Numbered from the stretch's first letter, positions 8,513 through 18,085 are shown. The stretch is 62,597 bases of DNA from a bacterium (GCA_037139515.1 JBAXGH010000005.1:1-62597), one strand, 5' to 3'. A program made the numbers and translations. Notes: generated by a model not told the origin, from the letters alone.

Positions 8513-9634
8513 ATGTTTTACGATGCAGAAACAGTTGCCGAAGCCGTGCAGCAATTAAAAAAACACTTCGTAAGAGCGCCCGAGGAAAAAGTCCAGCAGG
8601 TTGGGCAAACTTCCGATTTGTTTTCGGTTCACGAAGATGAAGAATTGATGAATCTTATCGGCGAGGCTGTTCAACATGCGGAAGAGTATCACGCAGAAGC
8701 TGTGCGAGTTTGTAAAGAAGAAGGTGATTGCGATGAATTGGAACAGCTTCTTGAAGAACTATTAGCTAGTAGCGAAAACGAAGAAAAGCCGCAGGAGTTA
8801 GCTGATGTTTCAATCGCAAGCGATGAAGATGTTGATAAAATCTTCGAAGATTTATTTGCTGATTTTTCCGATTTCGATAATTCAGCACAGGTTCAGACGG
8901 AGTCGGCAACTGATCCGTTTGCAGTGCTGCTAGAAGAGATATATAAACAAAACGAGGGTGCGGACGAATCCTTGTCCAGCGAACAAATTCATGAATTAGC
9001 GGAAAACTTAGCGGAAGAAGTTGTCGCGGAAGCCATCTCGAAAGAATTGCAAACCGGCTCCGATGCATTTTCCGAAGTTTCGGCCGCGCCACAACTTTCT
9101 TCTGTCGGCATGAATTCGAGGCTTGAATTGGCTCGTAGAGCGCTAATTCAGGCTCGCGACACTCTCACGAGTGCGATCGACATGCTTTCCGGCGACATCG
9201 AAAATGGCTCTGGATACGAAGCGGCTCCTCGCGAGATCTTGAATGGTGTTATGGACTCGGTCGGTTCTCGCGTAATGGAAGGTGTTTTCGACGGCGAGAG
9301 AATGATTTCTGACGACGGCCGAATGTTTCCGGTGCCGCCAAACTATGCTTCAAAATCTAAGCTTGTTGAAGGTGATCTGTTGAAGCTTACGATGATGCCG
9401 AGTGGTAAACCTATTTTTAAGCAGATTGGTCCGACGGCGCGAGAGAGAGTGAAAGGCGTACTTTCTTGCGATGACCGTGGCGGATATTGCGTCCACTCTG
9501 ACGGTACGCGCTATAAAGTGATTCCTGCTTCGGTTAGTTTCTTCCGCGGACGCCCGGGCGACCACGTGGTTGCGCTCGTTCCGAAGGGTAGCCCGAGCAA
9601 ATTCGCGGCCGTAGATTTCATTGTTCATCGGTAG
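8513..9634 (+). CDS. hypothetical acidic protein
   Basis: 373-aa ORF with a D/E-rich N-terminal half. Confidence 0.5.
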   Translation: MFYDAETVAEAVQQLKKHFVRAPEEKVQQVGQTSDLFSVHEDEELMNLIGEAVQHAEEYHAEAVRVCKEEGDCDELEQLLEELLASSENEEKPQELADVSIASDEDVDKIFEDLFADFSDFDNSAQVQTESATDPFAVLLEEIYKQNEGADESLSSEQIHELAENLAEEVVAEAISKELQTGSDAFSEVSAAPQLSSVGMNSRLELARRALIQARDTLTSAIDMLSGDIENGSGYEAAPREILNGVMDSVGSRVMEGVFDGERMISDDGRMFPVPPNYASKSKLVEGDLLKLTMMPSGKPIFKQIGPTARERVKGVLSCDDRGGYCVHSDGTRYKVIPASVSFFRGRPGDHVVALVPKGSPSKFAAVDFIVHR

Positions 9635-9635
9635 A

Positions 9636-9727
9636 AAATAAAAAATCAATAAAACAAAAAATCAAGAAATCAAGGGGTCGGCGAAGTCCGTTCCTCTTGT
9701 TTTTTTGATTTCTTGATTTTTTGATTT
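9636..9727. repeat. R5 A/T-rich long inverted repeat
   Basis: AAAATCAAGAAATCAA ... TTGATTTCTTGATTTT arms. The loop is related to the copy at 4225-4308. Confidence 0.7.
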
Positions 9728-9750
9728 CCTGCGGGTAAAATATTCGCCAT

Positions 9751-11364
9751 ATGTCAGAAACCCTCTATCGTAAGTACCGACCACAGAGCTATGCTGATAT
9801 TCACGAGCAGGAACACATAAAAACCGTGCTTCAGAACGAAGTTCGTTCCGGTCATATCGCGCATGGCTATGTTTTTTCAGGTCCACGCGGAGTAGGTAAA
9901 ACCACGACAGCACGAATTTTTGCGAAGTCTTTGAATTGCACCGATCGTAAGGATATCGAGCCGTGCAATCTTTGCAAGAATTGTCGTGAGATTACCGATG
10001 GTCGCTCGATGGATGTTTCTGAAATCGATGCTGCTTCACATTCCGGCGTCGACAATGTTCGCGAGCAGATTATCGAAGCGGTGCGTTTTCCGCCCGTTGG
10101 CGGCAAGTTCCGGGTTTTTATTATCGACGAAGCTCACATGCTTTCGACAGCCGCCTGGAATGCGCTTTTGAAGACTCTCGAAGAACCGCCATCGCATGCC
10201 GTTTTTATTCTGGCTTCAACTGAACTTCATAAGTTTCCGGAAACAATTCTTTCGCGTTGCCAGCGTTTTGAATTTAAAAAGCTTAAGCCGACCGAGTTGC
10301 TTGCTAAACTCAAAAAGATTTCCGAGAGCGAGAAGGTTAAAGTTGATGAAGATGTTTTGCGAGCGATTGTGCGTAAATCCGAAGGCGGCATGCGTGATGC
10401 CGAATCCTTGCTCGGTCAAATCATGGCGCTTGGCGGTGATACGATTACGATTGAATCAGCGAGCGTGTTCTTGCCGACAACTTCCAGCCGCACGGTGGTT
10501 GAGTTTTTGTCGCTCATTGCCGGACGAAAAACTGCCGATGCTCTTCGTTTTGTCGCAAAGCTCGTTGATGGGGGATCGGATTTGCCGGCTTTTTTGGCAG
10601 AAATTGTAGCTGCGCTCAGATTGATATTGATTTCTCGTTCGACGGGTGATTGGATTCATGTTGAAGATGCTTTCGATAAAGTTTCGGCCGAAGAATTAAA
10701 AAAAGAATTCGGTTCGATTTCGGAGGCTAAAATTATTTGGATTCTGGAGGCTCTGATCAAGGCTGCCCGCGAGGTCAAGCATGCCGATATTATTCAGTTA
10801 CCGCTTGAAATGGCGATTGTTATTTTAGGGAGTGAAGGTGGTGGCGATACGGTTAAAAGTGCGGGAAGCGTTTTAGCGCCACCTGCGCCTACTTTTGCTG
10901 CCCCGAGACCGGAAAATCGTACCCAGAAGCGTGAACCGGGGGCACCTTCGGGCCCACAACCGAATCCGCCTCCTGTAACCGCTTCGTCGCTCACAAAAAC
11001 GCTCTCCGAATATCAAACAAAATGGGATGATGTCATCACAAAAGTGAACGATACCAGCAAATCTTTACCGTTTATCCTGAAATTGGCTAGCCCGACAGAG
11101 ATAGTTGGTGGCGAAGTCCGTTTGGCTTTTCAATATCCGTTTCATGCCGATACTTTCAATAAAGACGCAAATCGGCGTATAGTAGAGGCCGCGATGCTTG
11201 CTGTTATTGGCGAGGCTTGTCGCGTCACCGGTATTGCGGTGGCACGTCCGATGGCGCCTGACGCTTTGGGAGAAGTAGCGCCGGTTTCAACGGTTCCGAT
11301 GAAGCAGGTAGACGAAAAAATGAAATCCGTTCTGGATGAGTTCGGGGGAAAAATCGTCGCTTAG
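9751..11364 (+). CDS. dnaX: DNA polymerase III subunit gamma/tau
   Basis: LYRKYRPQSY...FSGPRGVGKTTTARIFAKSLNC and IIDEAHML. Confidence 0.95.
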   Translation: MSETLYRKYRPQSYADIHEQEHIKTVLQNEVRSGHIAHGYVFSGPRGVGKTTTARIFAKSLNCTDRKDIEPCNLCKNCREITDGRSMDVSEIDAASHSGVDNVREQIIEAVRFPPVGGKFRVFIIDEAHMLSTAAWNALLKTLEEPPSHAVFILASTELHKFPETILSRCQRFEFKKLKPTELLAKLKKISESEKVKVDEDVLRAIVRKSEGGMRDAESLLGQIMALGGDTITIESASVFLPTTSSRTVVEFLSLIAGRKTADALRFVAKLVDGGSDLPAFLAEIVAALRLILISRSTGDWIHVEDAFDKVSAEELKKEFGSISEAKIIWILEALIKAAREVKHADIIQLPLEMAIVILGSEGGGDTVKSAGSVLAPPAPTFAAPRPENRTQKREPGAPSGPQPNPPPVTASSLTKTLSEYQTKWDDVITKVNDTSKSLPFILKLASPTEIVGGEVRLAFQYPFHADTFNKDANRRIVEAAMLAVIGEACRVTGIAVARPMAPDALGEVAPVSTVPMKQVDEKMKSVLDEFGGKIVA

Positions 11365-11392
11365 AATATACCCGAACCCGAAAGCGCATACA

Positions 11393-11484
11393 GAAAGTGC
11401 GAAAACAAAAAGTGCGGACGTATTCGCTCGTGAGGCAAGGGGCGAGCAATTGCCTCACGACGAATACGCTCCGTACACTTTTTC
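11393..11484. repeat. R3 long nested hairpin element
   Basis: Ends are GAAAGTGCG..AGTGCGGACGTATTCG and CGAATACGCTCCGTACACTTT. The inner stem is TCGTGAGGCAA/TTGCCTCACGA. Confidence 0.65.
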
Positions 11485-11518
11485 GCTCGCTACGGTTGTA
11501 ATTCCGGGCTCTCCCACT

Positions 11519-11547
11519 GTCATCCTCGACGGCCGAGGGATCTTGAA
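11519..11547 (+). repeat. R1 hairpin repeat, variant 2
   Basis: GTCATCCTCGACGGCCGAGGGATCTTGAA. Confidence 0.85.
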
Positions 11548-11598
11548 CGGGTTTCACGGGGTTTTTCTGAGGAAAAAAAGAACCACAATAATAGGAAT

Positions 11599-12342
11599 AT
11601 GAAAACAGATTGGCATAAAGAGACAAAATCATACGACGAGCATCTTCGTACTGAAGGCGCCATGCATAAACAGGTTGTCATACCTGGAGTTTTTAAATTG
11701 TTTGATCCGAAGAAGGGCGAAGCGATTTTGGATATCGCCTGCGGTCAGGGCCAGCTAGCTGCCGAATATGTGCGCCGCGGCGCTCGGGTTTCCGGCATCG
11801 ATGCGGCTAAGGGGTTGATCGAGCTTGCGAAAACCCGAGTGCGCGACGCTCGGTTTTTTGTGGGAGACGCCAAATCGCTTGCCGCTTTCAAACCGGAAGA
11901 ATTCGACGGTGCGAGTTGCATTTTGGCTTTGCAGAATATCGACGATATCAATCCGCTCATGAAAGAGGTACAGCGTGTTTTAAAGCATGGCGGTCGCGCG
12001 ATTTTTGTCATCAACCATCCGATGTTCCGCATTCCGCGCCAATCTTCCTGGGGTTTTGATGAAACGCAAAAGACTCAATATCGTCGCGTTGACGGTTATA
12101 TGTCGGAAATGCGCGTGCCGATTATCATGCACCCTGGTCAAAAAGATTCCACAACGACAATGTCTTTTCATCGCCCACTTTCGAGCTATACCAAGGCGAT
12201 GAGCAGTGCCGGGCTTGTGATTGATGCGATTGAGGAATGGGTTTCGCCTAAAACTTCCATTTACGGACCAAAAGCCACGGCGGAAAATCGTTCGCGCGCC
12301 GAAATTCCGTTGTTTATGGCGATTCGTGTAAAAAAGATTTAA
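11599..12342 (+). CDS. class I SAM-dependent methyltransferase
   Basis: ILDIACGQGQL motif I. Confidence 0.8.
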   Translation: MKTDWHKETKSYDEHLRTEGAMHKQVVIPGVFKLFDPKKGEAILDIACGQGQLAAEYVRRGARVSGIDAAKGLIELAKTRVRDARFFVGDAKSLAAFKPEEFDGASCILALQNIDDINPLMKEVQRVLKHGGRAIFVINHPMFRIPRQSSWGFDETQKTQYRRVDGYMSEMRVPIIMHPGQKDSTTTMSFHRPLSSYTKAMSSAGLVIDAIEEWVSPKTSIYGPKATAENRSRAEIPLFMAIRVKKI

Positions 12343-12895
12343 TCTTCTCGCTCGGGATAGCGCCTTCTCGCAAAACTTTAAGCTCGCCATTCGCTTCAAT
12401 CTTGATAAGCGTGGATGGCGGGCTTTTTGGAATCACGCCGCCGCCTAAAACAGGCAACGAATCACCGAACACGCGAAAAATATCTTCCGGCGAGAATAGT
12501 TCCGGCTCACCAGACTCGTTGGCGCTCGTCGCGATAATCGGATAGTCAAAGGCTGCAGCAAGCTCGCTCGCGATTTTTGAAGATGTGACACGGATAGCGA
12601 CTTCGCCGCCGTTGATTCTTGGAAGAATCAGGGTGAGCGGTCCCGGCCAAAAAACTTCGGCAAGTCGGCGCGCGCTGTTTTCAAGCTTCGCAATTCGCTC
12701 AACCATCGAAATCGAAGAGGCGATGAGTAGGAGCGGCTTTACTGCATCACGCTTTTTAATCTTATAAACAGCCGCAACCGCTTCGTGGCTCCGCGGATCG
12801 CCGGCGATTCCATAGCTGGTTTCCGTAGGAAAAGCCAGTATTTTGCCCTGTTTTAGGCATTCGACTGCGGTTTCGAGTGAAATCAGGTTCCTCAT
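12314..12895 (-). CDS. tsaC: L-threonylcarbamoyladenylate synthase (TsaC/YrdC family)
   Basis: KILAFPTETSYGIAGDP. Confidence 0.85.
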   Translation of the reverse strand: MRNLISLETAVECLKQGKILAFPTETSYGIAGDPRSHEAVAAVYKIKKRDAVKPLLLIASSISMVERIAKLENSARRLAEVFWPGPLTLILPRINGGEVAIRVTSSKIASELAAAFDYPIIATSANESGEPELFSPEDIFRVFGDSLPVLGGGVIPKSPPSTLIKIEANGELKVLREGAIPSEKIKSFLHESP

Positions 12896-12984
12896 ATATA
12901 TACCAAATCAAAGCAGACTTTGACGCGCTCGGCAATTTTGGTTATTATTCGGGGCGCAATCAAGCATGAAAGTTTGGCCCCAAG

Positions 12985-13006
12985 CCTGCGAGATCGTCTA
13001 ATGGTA
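12985..13006 (+). pseudogene. 5' fragment of a tRNA-Gln copy
   Basis: CCTGCGAGATCGTCTAATGGTA, identical to 13041-13062 of the intact gene. Confidence 0.75.
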
Positions 13007-13042
13007 TCGCGGCGCCACAATCGTAAACATTGTTTTCATTCC

Positions 13043-13113
13043 TGCGAGATCGTCTAATGGTAGGACAACAGACTCTGAATCTGTTTATCTAGGTTCGAAT
13101 CCTAGTCTCGCAG
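13043..13113 (+). tRNA. tRNA-Gln (anticodon CTG)
   Basis: Hand-folded cloverleaf. Acceptor stem TGCGAGA/TCTCGCA, D stem GTCT/GGAC, anticodon arm ACAGA-CTCTGAA-TCTGT, T arm CTAGG-TTCGAAT-CCTAG. It has U1-A72 and G73, and no encoded CCA. Confidence 0.9.
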
Positions 13114-13216
13114 GAATGTAAGCAACACGATTGTAGCGCACCGGGCGCGATACGGCGCAAAGTATCGCCGCCGGCGATGATATTTTAAAGTTCAGCACTT
13201 ACGTGCTCGCGGCGCA

Positions 13217-13268
13217 GTAGGACAACAGACTCTGAATCTGTTTATCGGAGGCTTCGAATCCTAGTCTC
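13217..13268 (+). pseudogene. decayed 3' fragment of a tRNA-Gln copy
   Basis: GTAGGACAACAGACTCTGAATCTGTTTATCGGAGGCTTCGAATCCTAGTCTC. The T stem and acceptor 3' strand no longer pair. Confidence 0.7.
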
Positions 13269-13341
13269 AGAGACTTGCAACTAAGTCTAATATGTTGATA
13301 TAAACCTCTCTGGAGCCACATCTGGCCCAGGGAGGTTTATC

Positions 13342-14001
13342 ATGTTGCTCTTTGATTACAACGCGATTGAAAAGGCCGAACAGCATCGTCTTTCGCATCG
13401 TGATTTCATGAATGCGATTACGGTGCAGCTCCTGCCGGTGATTTTGCTCGCCGAAGGCGCAGCGAGGCTGAACTCTCAAAATGCAGTTGTGAGGCACATG
13501 ACGCTCAGCCATTATTCGAAGACTGACCGTCAAAAAATCCTAATCGCGATGGCGTCTGACGCTGTGAGAAATGCACTTCGGACTCAGTACGGGTGTTTCT
13601 TCTCGCTTTTGCCGGGGGATCGTTTCGTCGCCTACGATGATGGTGAGGAGCCGAGAATCTTCGCAGGACTTCTGGATAAGCTCCAGGTGCATGACCTGGT
13701 TCGCGAGAAATATACGACGGCTTTCAAGATTCTGGAGTTTCACGCGCGGGCTTTTAGGCAGAGCAATCCGCGGCCGAATCCACAGGTCGTTGTGATGCGG
13801 AGTATGAGCTCTGCGGTCACGACCGACCTCATGACCATCATGGGCACGACGCCGTACCGTATCGCGCTCGAGTACATTTTTCTCACGCGCATCCGATATC
13901 GCGATCCGAACACTTTTGGTTTCGCGACGGTTGGTGCTGATACGGTGCCGCTCATCAGGTTTGCTACGATGAGGGAACAGGTTCTGGCTCTATCGCTCTA
14001 A
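13342..14001 (+). CDS. hypothetical protein (GC-richer, strong SD)
   Basis: GGGAGG 6 nt upstream of the ATG. Confidence 0.6.
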   Translation: MLLFDYNAIEKAEQHRLSHRDFMNAITVQLLPVILLAEGAARLNSQNAVVRHMTLSHYSKTDRQKILIAMASDAVRNALRTQYGCFFSLLPGDRFVAYDDGEEPRIFAGLLDKLQVHDLVREKYTTAFKILEFHARAFRQSNPRPNPQVVVMRSMSSAVTTDLMTIMGTTPYRIALEYIFLTRIRYRDPNTFGFATVGADTVPLIRFATMREQVLALSL

Positions 14002-14070
14002 ATGGGCGATTTTTTTAATATCGAGCCCATTGCTGTGAATTTTGCCCGCGATTTGCTAACATAGCCTTCT

Positions 14071-15300
14071 ATGTTTGATGTGATCGTAATTGGCGGCGGA
14101 GCTTCCGGCATGATGGCGGCCGGACGCGCAGCGGAACTTGGGAAACGAGTTTTGTTACTCGAAAAAAACGCTCGTCTGGGCGAAAAGCTTCGGATTACCG
14201 GAAATGGGCGCTGTAATATCTTGAATGCTGAAGAAAACGAGCATTCGCTTCTTTCTCACTATGGAAAGGCTGGCGGCTGGCTTCATTCTTCGTTTGCACA
14301 GTTTGGCATGTGCGAATCCTATGATTTTTTTGAGTCGCGCGGGTTGCCTTTAATAGTTGAAGAGGGGAATCGCGCTTTTCCGAAGTCAGAGAAGGCGAGC
14401 GATGTTTATCATGTGCTTGAAAAGTACATGCGTGACCACGGCGTTGAAGTGAAAAGCGAAGTCGCCGTCACGGCACTCATTGGTGCAAACGGGGTAATCG
14501 AAAAAGTTTTAGCCGGCACAAAAGAATTCACGGCGAAATCCTATATTCTCGCGACCGGCGGCATGTCGCATCCGGAAACCGGCTCGACGGGTGAGGGATT
14601 TCTTTGGCTCAAAGCGACCGGGCATAATGTGAAAGATCCGACGCCAAACGTGGTACCGCTCGCGGTTGCGGAAAAGTGGGTCAGGAATCTTTCGGGCGTG
14701 ACGCTCCAGAGCGCGAAAATCACTTTTTATTGCGACGGTCAGAAAAAGTTTTCGCGAAAGGGGCGCATACTTTTCACGCATTTCGGGCTTTCCGGGCCGC
14801 TCATCATGAATTCGTCTCAAGCGGTTTCCGAACATCTGGGCGAAGGTGAAGTTACGGCGCGAATTGATCTGTTTCCGGAACTCGACCACGGAGCGCTCGA
14901 CACGCATATCATGAAAATTTTCGACGAGAATAAAAATAAGACTCTCAAGAATATTTTCCCTGGTATTGCGCCGGACGGAACGGCGGACGCGATTCTCGCG
15001 CTCACGAATATCGATTTGGAGAAAAAGGTTCATAGCGTGAGTCGGGAAGAGCGCAAAAATTTGGTTCAACTCCTGAAAAGTCTGACGCTCACGATTTCCG
15101 GACTTATGGGCTTCGACCGGGCGGTAGTTGCGGACGGCGGACTCGCGCTTTCGGATGTTGAGCCGCGCACGATGAAATCAAGACGATACAAAAATCTATT
15201 TATCACCGGGGATTTATTCGATATCACGCGCCCGTCGGGCGGTTATTCACTGCAGCTTTGTTGGACGACGGGGTTTGTCGCGGGGAGTAACATTTTATAG
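14071..15300 (+). CDS. FAD-dependent oxidoreductase, HI0933/BaiN-like
   Basis: MFDVIVIGGGASGMMAAGRAAELG...GNGRCN. Confidence 0.85.
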   Translation: MFDVIVIGGGASGMMAAGRAAELGKRVLLLEKNARLGEKLRITGNGRCNILNAEENEHSLLSHYGKAGGWLHSSFAQFGMCESYDFFESRGLPLIVEEGNRAFPKSEKASDVYHVLEKYMRDHGVEVKSEVAVTALIGANGVIEKVLAGTKEFTAKSYILATGGMSHPETGSTGEGFLWLKATGHNVKDPTPNVVPLAVAEKWVRNLSGVTLQSAKITFYCDGQKKFSRKGRILFTHFGLSGPLIMNSSQAVSEHLGEGEVTARIDLFPELDHGALDTHIMKIFDENKNKTLKNIFPGIAPDGTADAILALTNIDLEKKVHSVSREERKNLVQLLKSLTLTISGLMGFDRAVVADGGLALSDVEPRTMKSRRYKNLFITGDLFDITRPSGGYSLQLCWTTGFVAGSNIL

Positions 15301-15322
15301 TTATAAATATAATTTATGCGTC

Positions 15323-15363
15323 CCGGTGACAGTCACTTTTGCGGCACTAGTGACAGTCACCGG
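15323..15363. repeat. R2 paired palindromes
   Basis: CCG-GTGACAGTCAC-N13-GTGACAGTCAC-CGG, 19 nt upstream of the helicase ATG. Confidence 0.8.
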
Positions 15364-15381
15364 TGATGTGCTTACAAATAC

Positions 15382-16962
15382 ATGACACAATCCCAAGCTC
15401 TCGCAATTTTGAAGTCCGGCGCCAATGTCTTTTTGACCGGCGAACCCGGTGCTGGAAAGTCTTACACGGTTAATGCCTACGTGTCTTATTTGCGTTCGCA
15501 TGATATCGACGTCGCCATCACCGCCTCTACCGGCATCGCGGCGACTCATGTGGGTGGGGTCACGATCCATTCATGGAGCGGCATCGGCATTCGTCCAATG
15601 CTCACCAAGTCTGATTTGAATAAGATTTGCGGGACTGATTACGTTTCCAAACGTATTTTGAAATCGAAAGTTTTGATTATCGACGAAATTTCGATGTTGA
15701 ATCCAGATACGCTTGATATGGTTGATTCGGTTTGTCGCGCAGTGAGGCAGGATGATCGGCCATTTGGTGGTTTGCAGGTGATTTTGTCGGGGGACTTTTT
15801 TCAGCTCCCGCCGATTGTGCGTCGCGATGATACTTTTAACAGTCAGCAATCGTTAATTGCGGAAAAACCGAAGGGTTTATTCGCATACGAATCCAATGCC
15901 TGGATTCGCGCTGAACCGATTGTCTGCTATCTGACCGAACAGCATCGTCAGGATGACGGTAATTTTTTATCGTTGCTTTCCGCTATGCGCGCCAATAGTT
16001 TTGGCGTTTCTGAGCTGCGCCATTTGGAGGCGCGAAAAATCACCGAACATATGGCTCCGGCGAGTGCACCGAAGTTGTATTCGCATAATATCGACGTTGA
16101 TCGCGTGAATGAAGCGATGCTTGCCAAGGTGCCTGGGAAGCGCCACGAGTTCAACATGGTTTCCGACGGTCAGGAATTTGTTTTGATGGCACTCAAAAAA
16201 GGCTGTCTGTCGCCGGAAGTCTTGGCGCTCAAAGTTGGCGCCTCGGTGATGTTCACAAAAAATAATCCCAAAGAATATTACGCGAACGGCACGCTCGGTA
16301 TCGTGAAAGATTTTGACTCCGAGTCCGGTTTGCCGATTGTGGTGACGCGGTCCGGCGCTACGGTTGCGGTAACATCTTTGACTTGGGCGATCGAAGAAAA
16401 CGGCAAAGTGCGCGCTTCGATTTCGCAGCTGCCTTTGCGATTAGCTTGGGCGATCACTGTGCACAAAAGCCAAGGCATGAGTTTGGACGAAGCTGTCGTC
16501 GATCTTCGCGATGTTTTTGAGTATGGCCAAGGATACGTGGCTTTATCGCGCGTTAGGCGTTTATCGGGCTTGCATGTTTTGGGTTGGAATGATCGCGCAC
16601 TTCGAGTACATCCGGAAATCTTGGCGAAAGACGGTGATTTTCACGAAGCATCGGTCGCAGCGGAAAAAATGGCGACAGAAAAGACTCCGGAAGAATTGCA
16701 GAAAATGCATGACGAGTTTGTGATGCGGAGCGGCGGTCGGGTCGGCGGGGGAGCGAAATTAAAGAAAAAGGGAACCGGTTTTGATGAACTCCGGAAAACC
16801 CATGCCAAAGCCTATGCGCCGTGGACCAAGGATGACGACCGTGAATTAATCGAAATGGCCAAACAAGGCATTCCAGTCAAGCGCCTGGCCGAAGTTTTCG
16901 CGCGCAAATCTGGGGCGATACGATCAAGGCTCAAGAAATTAGAATTTATGGGGAGGGAATAG
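15382..16962 (+). CDS. PIF1/RecD-family (SF1B) DNA helicase
   Basis: LTGEPGAGKSY, IIDEISML, TVHKSQGMSLD. Confidence 0.85.
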   Translation: MTQSQALAILKSGANVFLTGEPGAGKSYTVNAYVSYLRSHDIDVAITASTGIAATHVGGVTIHSWSGIGIRPMLTKSDLNKICGTDYVSKRILKSKVLIIDEISMLNPDTLDMVDSVCRAVRQDDRPFGGLQVILSGDFFQLPPIVRRDDTFNSQQSLIAEKPKGLFAYESNAWIRAEPIVCYLTEQHRQDDGNFLSLLSAMRANSFGVSELRHLEARKITEHMAPASAPKLYSHNIDVDRVNEAMLAKVPGKRHEFNMVSDGQEFVLMALKKGCLSPEVLALKVGASVMFTKNNPKEYYANGTLGIVKDFDSESGLPIVVTRSGATVAVTSLTWAIEENGKVRASISQLPLRLAWAITVHKSQGMSLDEAVVDLRDVFEYGQGYVALSRVRRLSGLHVLGWNDRALRVHPEILAKDGDFHEASVAAEKMATEKTPEELQKMHDEFVMRSGGRVGGGAKLKKKGTGFDELRKTHAKAYAPWTKDDDRELIEMAKQGIPVKRLAEVFARKSGAIRSRLKKLEFMGRE

Positions 16963-16963
16963 C

Positions 16964-16991
16964 TTGACAAAGGCCCTTGTTTTAGTAATAT
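16964..16991 (+). promoter_or_regulatory. candidate sigma70-like promoter
   Basis: TTGACA, 16-nt spacer, TAATAT. GGAGG and ATG 17018 follow. Confidence 0.45.
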
Positions 16992-17017
16992 TCGCGGAGC
17001 TCTAAACGGAGGTCTTC

Positions 17018-17317
17018 ATGGAGATGTTTCCCGTTGTGCTTGCTGCCTTTCTGGGTCTTTTCGGAGGGTATTTCTTGAGCATTGCGAGCATTATTTTGCT
17101 CGCGGTTGCCATGGGCGCCGGTTGGGTCAAGTTCATGTACTTTGCCGACAAAGGCGGCAATGATACCCGACTCGCTTGGGCTATGGCGCTCGCGATCAGT
17201 GTGCTCGTCTTCTTGGTTGTGTCGCTCGTAACTGCTCTTGTGGTGCGCCTTTTGGGGCTTGGCGGCATGAGCATGTCGGAAGTCTGGGGAGGTATCGTTG
17301 GATTCTTTCTGCGATAG
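17018..17317 (+). CDS. small membrane protein
   Basis: Three hydrophobic segments, SD GGAGG. Confidence 0.6.
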   Translation: MEMFPVVLAAFLGLFGGYFLSIASIILLAVAMGAGWVKFMYFADKGGNDTRLAWAMALAISVLVFLVVSLVTALVVRLLGLGGMSMSEVWGGIVGFFLR

Positions 17318-17326
17318 GAGAACGCC

Positions 17327-17635
17327 ATGACGGATACGACCAAGAAGGTGCTTTTCATCGGCTTCGGCTTGCTGCTCGGCGCATATGCCGGGTATCTGCT
17401 CAACTTCATGCCGATTGTGATTCTGGTGTTCTTTCTTTCGAAATACCTGAGCTCTTTCAAGTCAAACGACGATGCGTATTCGCAAGCACAGTTGCGAATG
17501 CGTACCACGGTCGCTTGGTTTGGGATCATGCTCATTGTGGTCGGCGTCGCAGTGCGTCTGCCGCCATACACGGCTTTCGTGGATTGGTCGTTGGGGCTTT
17601 GGCAGAGCATGACGGATGTGTTGATTCGTAAGTGA
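17327..17635 (+). CDS. small membrane protein
   Basis: Hydrophobic, SD AGGAG. Tandem with 17018-17317. Confidence 0.6.
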   Translation: MTDTTKKVLFIGFGLLLGAYAGYLLNFMPIVILVFFLSKYLSSFKSNDDAYSQAQLRMRTTVAWFGIMLIVVGVAVRLPPYTAFVDWSLGLWQSMTDVLIRK

Positions 17636-17636
17636 A

Positions 17637-17662
17637 ACCGAGCCGAACGCTCGGTCTTTTTT
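17637..17662 (+). terminator. rho-independent terminator
   Basis: ACCGAGC-cgaac-GCTCGGT followed by CTTTTTT. Confidence 0.7.
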
Positions 17663-17788
17663 ATCAAAATATCATTTCCTATCATTGTCTTGTTCTCTTT
17701 TCCCCAAAGAAAATGGCGATAGATAACAGAGATAGTATGCGGCAAAGCATGTAAATGAGATGAAAAGAGGTGAAAAGTTGGCTCGAAA

Positions 17789-17865
17789 CGAGCGATTTTG
17801 GCCGTGTGTACGCCGGGCAGTGCGCCCCCAATCTGCCCGCCGAACACACGGCCAAACCGCGCTCG
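17789..17865 (-). repeat. R4 77-nt hairpin element (reverse copy)
   Basis: CGAGCGATTTTGGCCGTGTGTACGCCGGGCA...TGCCCGCCGAACACACGGCCAAACCGCGCTCG. Confidence 0.75.
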
Positions 17866-18085
17866 TGTAGTCGTATTTTGATGTTTTAGAAAGGTTTTGC
17901 GCTTATCCGCACCCAAGTACTGGACAAAATCGCCTTTTTCTGCTATACTGCTCCTTGTTGTAAGTTTTCCTACGGTTTCGTCTTCTGCACGTCAACGTCC
18001 CGTCAAGGCCGTTAGAGTCAAAGAAGCGTTCGCGGTGGAGCGCCAGCCGACTTGCAATCTATAATTTTTGGCTGGCACAAGTGTT

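Noticed and set aside
10696-10730. Programmed -1 frameshift site in dnaX at the A7 run (tta aaa aaa g)
   Set aside because: A -1 slip would terminate 8 codons later (..KKRIRFDFGG*), giving a product of about 326 aa. The site lies well inside what aligns as domain III, so the short product would lack the collar helices. I see no convincing downstream stem-loop. This is not supportable from sequence alone.
17002-17916. 304-aa ORF on the minus strand
   Set aside because: It is antisense to two SD-preceded small membrane-protein genes, a terminator and an R4 repeat. Its low-complexity translation has no start signal.
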